Origin: Podarcis cretensis | Lineage: Eukaryota | Length of the DNA: 64,000 nucleotides | Assembly: GCA_951804945.1 (NCBI GenBank) | Contig: OX638149.1 | Span: forward strand, 77,376,001-77,440,000 | Direction: 5' to 3' | Notes under the pieces: generated by a model | Database searches by the model: none | What the model saw: the letters and a program-made list of their open reading frames with translations, nothing else | Told to the model about the DNA's origin: nothing | Made by a program: the position numbers and the translations under genes | Part shown: piece by piece, positions 37,314 to 48,900 of the stretch | How the letters are laid out: every line of letters starts with the position of its first letter | Position numbering within the stretch: the stretch's first letter is position 1

Positions 37314-40300
37314 ATGTATGCATTTAGAATGTTTCAGTCCAACTGATCTCAATAGGAACTAAGCAGCCTAACTAAAAAGGATTGCAATTTGAGTTTCTCT
37401 TTCAAGCCAGACATGCAGTAAGTGGAGAATATCTCTCTGCACCAATGGCATATCTGTACCAACATTATTAGTATGAGAAGTCACTGCAAGATACCAATGA
37501 GAAAGATCACAGAGTTTTGCCTAAAATGTGTTTGAAACCTGTTCAGTGTACCATTTTTTAATGGTAGTTTTTGGACTCAATCCCCAGGTCTGTGCTGCCA
37601 CAGTAGAATATGGTCCCTGTCACCCGCAAATAAAAAAGCATTATGTATATATATAGATCTGTGAAGTTGACCAAGGTGCTTTAAAGACCTTTTGTTTACA
37701 TATTTTTCTTAAATATTAAGTTCCTTTGCATTAACAGATAAGTCCTCAGGACAAAGACTGAACTAGCAAGTGATGCTAGGATCCCACTCTAGTTATCCTT
37801 TTATATCTAATTGTTCTAGAATGTGTATGGTTAGAGACATGTGAACTACTACAATGTGGCAAATGCTTCTCCAGTTTCTTTGAAGTTTTCTTCCCCTGTG
37901 AAAGAGGCTTCCATTTTTCTGTCTCATTCTCAGGGCACAAGAAAAATAATTTCTTTTGAATTTTGGTGGGTATTGAGATTTTGAGCTAACTTTATTATTG
38001 CAAGGTAGCGGAGGTTGGTACGTGTAAACCTTTCTGTAGCACTCTGCAATCTCCCCAGCTGCCTGTGCTTCCTAATCTGAAAAAGGCTCATGGGAGGAGT
38101 TATCTCATAATGTCTTCTCCTGAGCTTTAACTGAAGCATGGACACCCGGGAAGGCTGCTGGAGTGCAAACACCACTGGTGAGATGATTTGTGGAATGAAA
38201 GAAAGGACACCTAAAAATATCCCTTGGCCACTGCAAAAGTAAGGTGAGTACAGTGAAAACACGGCACCCAAACAATAATAATTTCACAGATATGTTCCAT
38301 CTGATCCATTTTCACATGTAATTTATTTTCTCAATAACTGATGGGAAGGATAAAGCTGATTAGCCATATCTGGTCATTCAATACACATGGCGACAGTTGT
38401 GCGGAGTGGGAGACGACTGCTGTGCAGAACTTCCCCTGTCATTGTGTCCTCAACAGCCCATTCCCTGTTGTCCATACGGTGGGAATAATGCCTGCAGAGG
38501 GGATGCTCATAGGCTCCCTGCCCCCAATTTTTGGTTCTAGCTCATGGAGGGGGCATATGTGCAATGAGCAAACTTTAAACATGCTCACCAACATGAAGAC
38601 AGACAGCAGGAGGGAGGTCCTGACTGAGTTGTAATGGTAGGGCCAGGGCCAGTAGGTATGGCTCTGCTCTCCTGCTCCACACCATTATAATTGCCCAAAC
38701 AAGGCAACTGGAAGCTGACTTTAAAAAACACACACATGAAAATGTTTTGGATGGAGGTGCCTGTTTAATGTTTGTAAAGGTTAAAATATTATGCACAATT
38801 TGGATTATTATCAATTTTTTCTTCTTAAATACATGTACTGCTATACAGAATGCTAAAAAGCAGATGGAGTCATGCTGCTTTACACCAGAAGGGGATATGG
38901 GCTTATCCATTTAATTTCTATGAGCTTATCTAGCCTTTCCCACAAATAAAATGATACACATTACCTAGACACGTCAAGGTATAATATCCAGTCCTCAGAA
39001 CTGTTAAACGAATTAGATTCATTAAAAGATGCAGCAACAGTGTAAGGAAGCACATTTATGCAACATTTCAATCATGGGACCACTAAGGGCTCTTCTGCAA
39101 CGGAGACATCTTGCTCTCAGAGCAAAAACAATACAGAACTTTAGAGTGGCCACAGAGCATAAAGGCACTGACGATTGAAATAAAAACGCAGTTCATTATT
39201 TTTTACAACTTTTATTATGTTTACTGCAGGGTGCCATCCAATTGAACTCATTAATTCAGCAATTATATTGGAAAGGGGGAAAAGGCCTTAGGCTTTGAGT
39301 TGCATCCAAACTGCCTACTAAGAATGCCTTTACTTCTACCCGGCAGTTCTTAAAGAGAGAGCGAGGCACAGAGAAAGGCAGCACATTCACAAAGGATCTC
39401 ACACAAAAAGAAGGGGAGAAAGAAGGAAGAGAGAATATGGTGGAAAAGAAAGAAAAGGATCCCATTAAGTCCCTTCCACCACTCTTTACTGCCCTGACTG
39501 CTGTTGCATCAGGGTTGCACTACTCAGTTTTCACACTTCAAACTGGCAAGGGCCATATCACCATCTCCAGTTAAGAGATCTTCTCGGATCAAAATTTAAT
39601 CTAGAGCTCATTATTATTTCACTCTGTGCCTTAACCAATATAAGATCATTTCAGCAGCCAAGAAAGCAGCAATCTGGAACGTAGTAGAAAATGCTGTGCA
39701 AATTACGGAGGATTATTTTGCACTAAAAGGGAATCTCTGGAGAAATGTTCACAGGCAAAGTACCCCCAAAAGGCATTTAGTCCTATGTAATTCTTCAATG
39801 ACATTTTTGTTAAAATTACTTTGGGTCTAATGCAATTGAGAAAACACATTATTTCTGAATGGCTACTGTATTTCCTGTGTAGCCCTTTCCGAACTGTTAT
39901 AGAAACTTCCATCCCTACACCAGCTTCCACCTTCTACTGTATGAGTTACTTCCTACTAGGCTCCAAAGAAAGTCAGCAAGGTCAGCAGTTCACTGTGACT
40001 TTGAACAATATATGAAGTCAAGACACTGCTTAAGTTTTCCAGGCTGTTTGCTCTATTGACCCCAAAGAAAGACACAGGGTCCAGTGTATGTAAGATTGCT
40101 TGAAAAAGCTATTCACTAAAGCCTATGGAAAGGAGTATGTTAAATACATGAAGAATTGGATGTTGGTTTTCCTTTTTAAGACTTTTCCTATGAAGTGAGG
40201 GTGGAGAGGAATGCACTGAAGGACTGAAAAAAATTATGCACTAGGTTTTGTTTTCTTAAAAATCCTTATCAGACAAACAACCCATTTGTTTTCTTGAGCA

Positions 40301-40936
40301 CCTGCAGCTTCCTAAATCAGGAGTAGCTAACCATTATCAGGCTGTGGGCTGCACTGACCAATGGTCAACACCCGGGGGATAACGTGTCCAAGTGTAAAAA
40401 TGGCCAATTGATTTTTTATAGAGTCAAATTGTGGGGAATCTTTGGGTGAGGTCACAAAGGTCTTTTGCCATGAGAGAATCAGAGTGGAAAGAGCAGTCAG
40501 CAACTTTAAAAGAATTAATGAGACTTTTCTCTTTTTGAGTGGGGTGGGGGTGGGAATTGGAAGCCACAACAATATTCAGCTCCATAGCATAACAGCAAGA
40601 GATTCATAATAACAGTAATTAAAAACAAAAAACAAAACACTATTTTATTTTTTTTAATGACAAATTTTGGGTGTCCAAAAACTCCTCTTGGGGAGTTGTA
40701 TGAGTCCTATGCGCTAGCTACCCTTGTCCTAAATGTATCCCTTAACCTAGCACTACCCTTGAGGGTGTATATTAACTGCCCTGACACCTTGTTTGTGACC
40801 TGCTGCAACCAGAGTGGTATGAATTCATTTGTTAGGAGTGCTAGATAAAGAACATTCTGTCCCACTCTGATCTATTGACAAGTACACAGGAAACAAATCG
40901 GTGCTGATACTAATAGTACTGTAGTGAGTTACTTAC

Positions 40937-40985
40937 TCTGGGGAAGATTCTGGAGTTAAATTCGACATCTCTTCTGGCGTCGGTA
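40937..40985 (-). CDS. BRSK2: BRSK2 49-nt exon: (V)PTPEEMSNLTPESSP(E)
   Basis: tatatag| and |gtaagt; phase 1 to 2; matches recalled BRSK2. Confidence 0.97.
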
Positions 40986-42003
40986 CTATATATACATACA
41001 CAGACAGAGACAAAGCATAAGAGGAGGAGAAAAAGGAAATGCTGATTCCCAATTCAAAGTCAATAAATGTGGAATTAAAGTTCACACAGAATATATTTCA
41101 AGCACTTCATTGTTTTAATATCAAATAACTTATTGTTTTAATATCAAATAATTGACCCACACTGCTCCTATATCCACATGTACCTAACTTGAACACTTAC
41201 ATACTGAGATTTCATAGTTTGGCCTGGGCTCTTAAACTGTATCTATTCAACTTAGAATTGATGACTGTTGTGAAAGTAATTTGCAGCATAATTGTATCTG
41301 CCAAGATGTCTGGGGCTGATTTTTACTAGTAGCATTGAAATAGTTCTATAACCCACAAAAAATTAAAAACTGGTATGCTGCACACTTAGCCCTACAACAC
41401 CCTGATTATATGCAAAGTCCGTAGATGGAATATTATTACCCTTTCCCCTTGAAACAGAGAATAAGAAATCTGCCATATACTATAGCAGACATTTCAGCAA
41501 AGATACAAATGAGCTGGAATGCTGAGCTGTGGAAATTTCCTATTTGCATATTTTAACCAATCTTGAATTAGGAAAGAAAAGAGATTTCCAGTAATAGACA
41601 GGAATGTATTTGCTCATAAACACATAAAGCAGTAATTATGCCTTATGTAACCTTAATTAACATGAGTCCTCATGGAGTTCCTCTCCATCCAAAACAAAAA
41701 CAAACAAACAAACAAAAAACCACAACAATGCTGGGGCATTGGCACATCAGTGAAGACAACACCTTGCTCAGAACTCAGATATTCAAAAAGCCACACTTTG
41801 GCTAGGCAAACCATAGTTTAGTGACATGTGTAAACCAGGCCAGTGTGTGCCTCAAGTCAGAAACAACTGAAAATCAGCAGGCTAGAAGCGCAGTGCAAAT
41901 ATCAAAGTCATGAGCAGAAGGCACAGGATGGAGAGATTGGATAGTATAACAACACTTGTAATCTTAGTATAAAAACTGGTACTTTTGCCTTGTTCAGGTA
42001 GTC

Positions 42004-42269
42004 CAGGGATGTCCAACTTCCAAGAGACTGCGATCTACTCACAGTATATATATAAAAAACTGGCAGTGATCTACCCATTGTCACCGAAGAATGGACCAGA
42101 GTTCTTGAGCTTTTTTTTGAGAAGCCAAGGTTGTTGAGCTGAGCTTTTTTAGGAAGCAAAAGTTGTTGAGCTTTTTTTGGGGGGGGGGATCGACCTGTGG
42201 GATGGCGATCTACCTGGGACACCCCCGTGATCTACCAGTAGATCGTGATCTACCTGTTGGACATGCCTG
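42004..42269. mobile_element. hAT (Charlie-like) MITE
   Basis: TIRs CAGGGATGTCCAAC / GTTGGACATGCCTG; TSD AGGTAGTC / AAGTAGTC; internal GATCTAC repeats. Confidence 0.85.
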
Positions 42270-42822
42270 AAGTAGTCTACTGGGGGAGAGAGATGTATGA
42301 ATAAAGACATATTTCCTAATGATCACCCATGTGAGAAGAGGTCTTCTGTGAAAATTTATATAATAAAATTCCATAGGTGTACTCCCTTAAGTCAACGGTG
42401 CTTTGCAGCTTGTGCACCTTGGTAAATAATTAGTGACAACACTATATGATGGGAGTTGTAGCCCTGACAAACCTCTGCATTACACTTAGCTCTTGCTTCT
42501 CAGTGGGCTCCATCTTCCATCAAGCATCACAAACACTATTATGACTTGCAGAAGCCTAACTAGGTTTTCCTGCTGAGAAAATTTAAAATTGGTTTTCCAA
42601 GCTCAGGGTCAGGGAAAAAAGGGGGAATGAAGTTCATATGGTAACTGACACACACTGGAAGAATTGCAACATGTTCATTGTTTGGTTAACAGCAGTGAAA
42701 CAGCAACTTTCAAATTTCCTTATATACTCTCTGTCTTTGCTATCTACTAACCAACCACTCTTTACACTGATATGTACTTCTACCTGCCAACCTAACACTG
42801 CCGCATTTTGAGGTCAATGTAC

Positions 42823-43030
42823 CTTGCAATTTCCTGCGATGGAAACGTGGAGATCCCAGGAAGCTGTTCTTGATCGAGTTGAGCCGTGTTCTCCAGGGCA
42901 TTCCTCCAATGCTGGGGCTGGATGGTGGCGTAGGGTTGGGTGTGCCTGCTGGGCTCTCCTTTGGCGTATGGACAGGTGTCCCCTTGGGGGTAGGGAGGGG
43001 ACTGCCCCTTGGAGAGGGGTGAGGGGTGAC
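42823..43030 (-). CDS. BRSK2: BRSK2 208-nt proline-rich exon: [69 protein letters not shown]
   Basis: atacag| and |gtacat; lies within ORF 42740..43276; near-identical to recalled BRSK2. Confidence 0.97.
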
Positions 43031-43435
43031 CTGTATGATGGGGATAGATTTGGTGCTTGGGTCAGTACTAGAAGGGAGCAACCTAACAGGAGACATAGGG
43101 TTGGTTTGCACGGTAGGAACAGCCAGCTGCGGGCTAAACCCAGGAGCAGGTGGACGGCCCTGAGTGTTCTGTGCAGGAGAATTTGGGGAAGGAGGGACTG
43201 TAGCATTGCTAGAGGGCAGGGGATTGGATTTGGTAGACTGGAGTGGTTTTTCAGCCAATCTGCTCTTGGATGGCAAAGTCTGTGTCTTTGGATTGGGTTG
43301 AAGTGCTGGCTTTGGCTGGAGAACATGTCCGGGCCTGGAAGCATTCCTACAAGCATCGGAGTCCAGGGAGACTTGGGGGCGGGGGGTGAAAGGGAGGTCA
43401 GGAGTCTGAGGGGGGATGAAAAATTTTCTGATAGG
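43031..43435 (-). CDS. BRSK2: Putative 405-nt in-frame 5' extension of the proline-rich exon via an upstream alternative acceptor (135 aa, PIRKFFIPP...KSIPIIQ)
   Basis: Acceptor tgtgtatcttgtag| at 43436-43437; exactly 405 nt, phase 0, no stop codons; preceded by a 230-nt AG-free zone. Confidence 0.75.
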
Positions 43436-45898
43436 CTACAAGATACACACAGAGAAAGTACCCATGCATTTCAAGAAAAGCAAAACGCACACGCACATAC
43501 GCACAAAGTGGGTGAATAGAGAAATAAAGCCCATTTGAGTTGCAGTTGTGAGCCACATCACAAGGAGATCAGAGTTATGGAGGTGAGGGTGAAGGAGGTG
43601 GGGGGTTAGGGAATTGCAAAGAAACAAAAAACAAACACAAACAAAAAACAAAAAGACATGCAGTTAGCTGGGAACACAGCATAGTCAACAACAGCAGCAG
43701 TGGCGGTAGTGAAAACAACAGTTTTGTCACAAGCTTCATCATATTAACCAACCATGTGTCAGCAAATAAAAAAACCACAGAGCAAAAACTAACATGAAGG
43801 AAAAGAAAGTAAAAAACTAAAAGGGTGGGTGAGGGAGGGGAAGCAGCAAGAGAGAGCAAGAGAGGGCGAGAGAGAAAAGGCCATACCCCTGAGCTGTTCT
43901 GACTGTCTCACAGATAGAGAGAGAGAGAAGACCAGGACTGAAGGGAGGTGGGGAAGGGGAAGGAAGCATCATTCAAGCCACAGGGGAAGCTGACATGTAA
44001 GCATGTAAGGCTGAGTGTGCCCTCTCTCCCAGCTCAAAACGTCTACCACAATCAAAAACAGCAAGGAAATGCAGATCAAAATAACATGTGTGCAGCAGGT
44101 AATGATAGAAGCACACAGATTACTACACACATCGACTCTCCTCAGTCAAAGCACCACAAGTTTCAGTAACATGGAGAGAGGGTGTGAGTGAGGCTGAGGA
44201 GGGGGAAAGCCTCTATCATTTCATCACTATTCCTTTCCTGGCTGTCCACCCAGTTTTCTCTGGCAGGCTTTACTATATGACATCTTAACAGCTCATGGAA
44301 CCATGGGCCAGTTTGGGCTTCAAATGACGGCCACTTTAAGTAAAATACCCCAAGGGTCACCAAAGAAGGTTTGCTTTCTAAGTGCCCCTATTACATCTAA
44401 GTCCTCCCGTCAACAGACAGTCTTATACTTTTAAAAAACAAAAGAAAAAAACATTTCTCAGTTTTTATGACACAGAACCAGAATTCCATTCTGTGGCTGA
44501 TCATTGTGTTTTATGCAGTAACCCCCCCAAAATAAATAAATAAATAAATGCACAGTTCATAATCAGCCATAAATGAAGTCAGAGAAGGGGATTATGTTGT
44601 TTTGTAAAACAACGACAAAACTTAACTAGCAAGTGTTAGATTCAAGAACAGTCCAAGAAAAAACTTTAAAATAGAAATTCAATACACTCAGGGAACAAAA
44701 TGCAAAAAAGAATACTGTTAGAATAAAAGTATTTTTTTTAAAAAAATGCAGAACATATTCATTTCATAGAGCATGGATTAGGAAAAAAGTAACAATGAAA
44801 TTGTATTTACTGTTCATTTGTGAATGAGTGCAAGCCCATTAGAAGAACCACAAATGTGTAACAATGTATTGCCCTGCAGTTTGGGCAATTAACTTATATA
44901 AGAAGTGAAAATTGCATAAAACTGTGATAATTGCATATAACTGTATGTAAGAACAGAAGCTGAATTGACTAAGAACAGAAGAAGTGTAAATGAACTGGTT
45001 CCCTGCCTGCATCGTGTGTGTGTGTGTGTCTGTGCAGGTGTCCATAACTCTTTGTGTAACAGAGGGTGGGGGAACGTGTGTATGCCTGTAGGTGTAGTGA
45101 GGATAGATGCTGTTTGTGTGTGCTTTGTATGGTGGTGAGTGTGCATGTGTGGAATGTATGTCTGTGGTGTGTGCATGTAGAAATATGCATTGGCCACATC
45201 CATTATTGGCATGCATCCCTTAGAGAAGTACCTGACTTTCAGCACTACCCTTGAGCCAACATTATTTTAGCCACCCGTGAGTTAAAACATATATTTAGAC
45301 AAGCTATTGCCTGTTTTTTTTTAAAAAAAGAACCAATCAAGCTTTGGCTTGCCCAAGGACTAACAAAAAAGGGCCTGTTCAAGCAGACTCTCTAAGACTG
45401 CACAATTTCTTACTTCTTCGGAATGATTCTCTTTCTGCCCCTCAAATCCAAGCGACTTTCAGCTTCCTTACTGGAACATTCTAATCCAACTCTGTATGAT
45501 TCTTGTTCAGACTAGAGTTCATTGTTTTTCCAGCTTTCTTCAGCTGTGCTATTCAGTCCCAAAGTAGCTCTAGCTGTTATGGTTCAGTGCCTCACCATGG
45601 GCTTGCAATAAGCAGCAGATGCTTTCTTTATTGTATGATAAACTCTCTTAACAGGGTTATATACGTTGGCATCATGTTAGGCCACAATGATACCTTAGGT
45701 GGCAACGATGCCAGAAGCACAGGCAGCCCTGCAGAAGGACCCTATCCCAACATTCACAAACAGCAAGCTGTGCTTTATAGCTGCCCCACATCCTTAGCTA
45801 ACAAAACCACCCTTCAAAATGGGGGAAGAGATATTAGATGTCACCGAGCTCACATGAGAGAGCAGTTATAAACCATGACCCCAAATAATCCCACTTAC

Positions 45899-45959
45899 CC
45901 TTGGACTGCTGAGTGGGCTGGTCGACAGGCCAGAGGAAGCTCCACTGATTGAGCGAGAC
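45899..45959 (-). CDS. BRSK2: BRSK2 61-nt exon: (R)SRSISGASSGLSTSPLSSPR
   Basis: ctcag| and |gtaagt; translation matches the recalled BRSK2 sequence; phase 2 to 0. Confidence 0.97.
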
Positions 45960-48900
45960 CTGAGTAAACACAACAGGAAGACAAGGCCCTGAGAAACCCC
46001 TGTCAAAAGACACACCGCCCTGCTGTGCCAGCCACCACCATATTAAACCTCTGCATTAAGTTGTGGTTCACATTTCTAACAAGAAACTGCATATATAGCC
46101 GACATTTGTTTTCAAAGGGCAAATGTACATGAAGCCGCCCATCCCTTTGTTCACCAGTCTCACATTTTACAATTTTTTTTTCTGTGTGCATCTGGAAATA
46201 CCTCCCTTATAAGATCCCGATCCTATCCCCCATGATCTCACTCTGAAGGAGCTTTGATCTCTGTTGTAAAGATCAGGTAAAAAGAGAAATGTCTGGCAAG
46301 GAAAGAAATAGACTGCACTGCTGCAGCTGTTTTTACCATGGCAGACCAACAAGTACAGTATATAAATCACCTATTCTCCTGTTGGTTGAGAAGACCATCA
46401 CTTTGAAATCAGATGGATCTTTCTTAACCTTCCATTTAGGAAAAAAAATTTCCCCACTGACCAGCAAGGTATTTCATATGAAATCATTGGCCCATATGTT
46501 TACAGGCACAATACTACTTCCAAAGGCCTCAGCCCCTCGCTGTCACCATTCATCAAAATGATTATGCATAGATAAGTGGATCAGAAACAGCATGGAATTC
46601 ACACGGCCGAATACAGAAGCAAAGGAGCTCCTTGTCAATCCCAGTTATCAATGCTAACACAGATTACCAAAGATATTTTCACGTCTCCGGTTACGTCTAA
46701 TGTCTGAGAGAAATCTACATAGGCTATAAATAATGCACATTCAAATTTTCCTCCTCTTTCATTTCCACATCAGCACCATTGATCCATAGCGCAAATCAAA
46801 AGCATGTTCAACAGCCCCATATGTGAAAAATGTTAAAGAAATTGCCAGCTTATGTTGGCATTTCTTGAAATCTTTGGCTTGACCTTCCTCATCTCTGCTG
46901 GAACCATGGTCTTTAAAAAGGATGATACAACAATGGAAGCAAACCCAGTCAACAAGATAATATGCAATATATCACTTACTCCTAATCTGTATGTCACTAT
47001 ATTGCAACCTTACGGTGGGGGGACTGCTTTCAGTAAAACAAATTAACGAATGTATAGATTTCTCAAAGAGAACATTTTGATTCCGCTCATACAACTAGAT
47101 CTATGACATGCAAGTTATAAGGTAAGAGATATATAATGGATGTATATAATGTACATCTGTATAGCTCATCAACAGGAAAACCTGGCTCGGAAAGAGCTTT
47201 TAATCTCTCCACCCTGTGTGTGCTTAATGTGTATGATTTAAGCTGTTGGCTGGCAAGCACATAAGGCTGAAATTGTGCAAGTTAAATGTGTGCAAGTTGC
47301 AAGTTGCCCATACATACATATATAAATAGCATCAGATAGCAGGCCTACCATTTCTCATAAATCTGGTGACAGAGAAATAAGGCATGGGCACTGGGTCTAC
47401 CAAGCTGAGTAGTCCTAGCCTCTACCCCACTATTGCATCTCAATGGGCAGATTTGCTAGCCATCAAAAGGTACACCTGGTGTCCAGATGACATCTTCTCA
47501 CCCTTGACTGAAACCCTGTTATTTCCCTGGCCTTTAATTAACTGCTGAAACTCTCCATTCTTGCCTTTTGTTGCTACAATCAATTTCACAACTCCCTTGC
47601 ATCTCCCTAAAAAAAAATAACATGCCAGGAGACTAGTTAACTGCACTGCACAGTTGTTATTTGTCACCCTAATGCCCCCTTTCCCCCTGTTGTTATATTG
47701 TTATAACAACACTGGGCTAAGCCATGTCCTCTCAGCCAGTCCCTTCCCCCACCTGCAATACAGGTTTAATATGGATGGACTTTATCTGTAATGGCAGGGT
47801 TAATAAAAAATGTGTACAGCCCTGGGTATGCGTGGGTTACATTTTAGGGTATGAAATAAGTCCTTAGTTAGAAAGATGCTACCTTTTGGTGGGGTAGACA
47901 CACTACTGTCCAGATAAAAGTGAATCAGGAAGTTGCTCCTACAACCAGTGGGTGTGTCATTCCAGCCTTCCTTTTGTCTAATTGGCTAGCTCTGCTGTCC
48001 TAAATGAACCATGGCTTCATTTGTTAACAAACAACCCTATAAAGCAGGAGATGGCTTGCTTTGTAAACGGGCAGAATTGGTGCCGACACATTTTGCTTCC
48101 TGTCTCAGGTTCTACAACAGCTAGAGAAGGATCTGTTTTTTTAAAAACAAACAAATCCGAAAGCTGATAATCTGGGAGTTATGGTTCAGCCCTCTGACAC
48201 CTATGATGGGAGGCAGCAAATGTCAGCCCACTAGCTATGTTTTCCTCATTGCCATGGCAGCAGGGATGCCTTCCTGAATTATCATGAGAACAAGGATCAC
48301 GCACAGCTTAGGGGACACTTTTAAAAGACTGGGGAGTGGCTGGCCAAGGATGATCCTCCCTTGGGTTCCAGAGGGAGTGCTGTAGATGTCCCCTCTCTTT
48401 GAAACCCCTCTTCTCAAGGCTGCTTATTTGTTGGAAGACCCTGAGGCCTGCATGCCTCACTCCACCAATGTGGGAGATAGTGGGGATCAGCATGAGAAAG
48501 AATGAAATAAAGGCACATAGGGCAGAGAGGGATAGAGATACATAGTGAGAGGAGAGTTATATGCTATGCTATTTATCAGCCAGGAAATTGGCTGTAGGCC
48601 TTTAGTGAATAAACTACAGTTTTATTAATCTACTTTTAAAGCTTGCAGCTATAAAGAAAATGTTACACTTAAATACGTCAAAGCTTGTTTATAAAGAATA
48701 ACCTCCAAACTGAACCTAGAAGCATCCTTGTAGCTCCAATGCCTTAAAGCAAATGAAAATAAGAAGTGGGGATTTGTAGGTCTTACACTCCTGTCAGTAT
48801 CACCTTTGCAGGTTAAGAAAACAGAGCACCCGAGCCACATTATTTAAAATTTCTGAAGGAAGGTTCTTTGGTGCCGTTCTTCACCCACCAGCCATCAACA

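Noticed and set aside
41110-41152. Short tandem duplication (similar cases near 26157 and 62018)
   Set aside because: Two-copy slippage duplications; not CRISPR-like and no spacer structure.
42814-43519. 231-aa plus-strand ORF and 180-aa alternative-frame minus-strand ORF
   Set aside because: Antisense and frame-shifted shadows of the GC-rich proline exon and its extension; the plus ORF has a non-ATG start and no recognisable domain.
48235-48563. ~100-nt AG-free pyrimidine stretch followed by ORF-like sequence
   Set aside because: The first AGs are weak GAG contexts, the CAG acceptors hit stops in phase 2, and there is no convincing donor.
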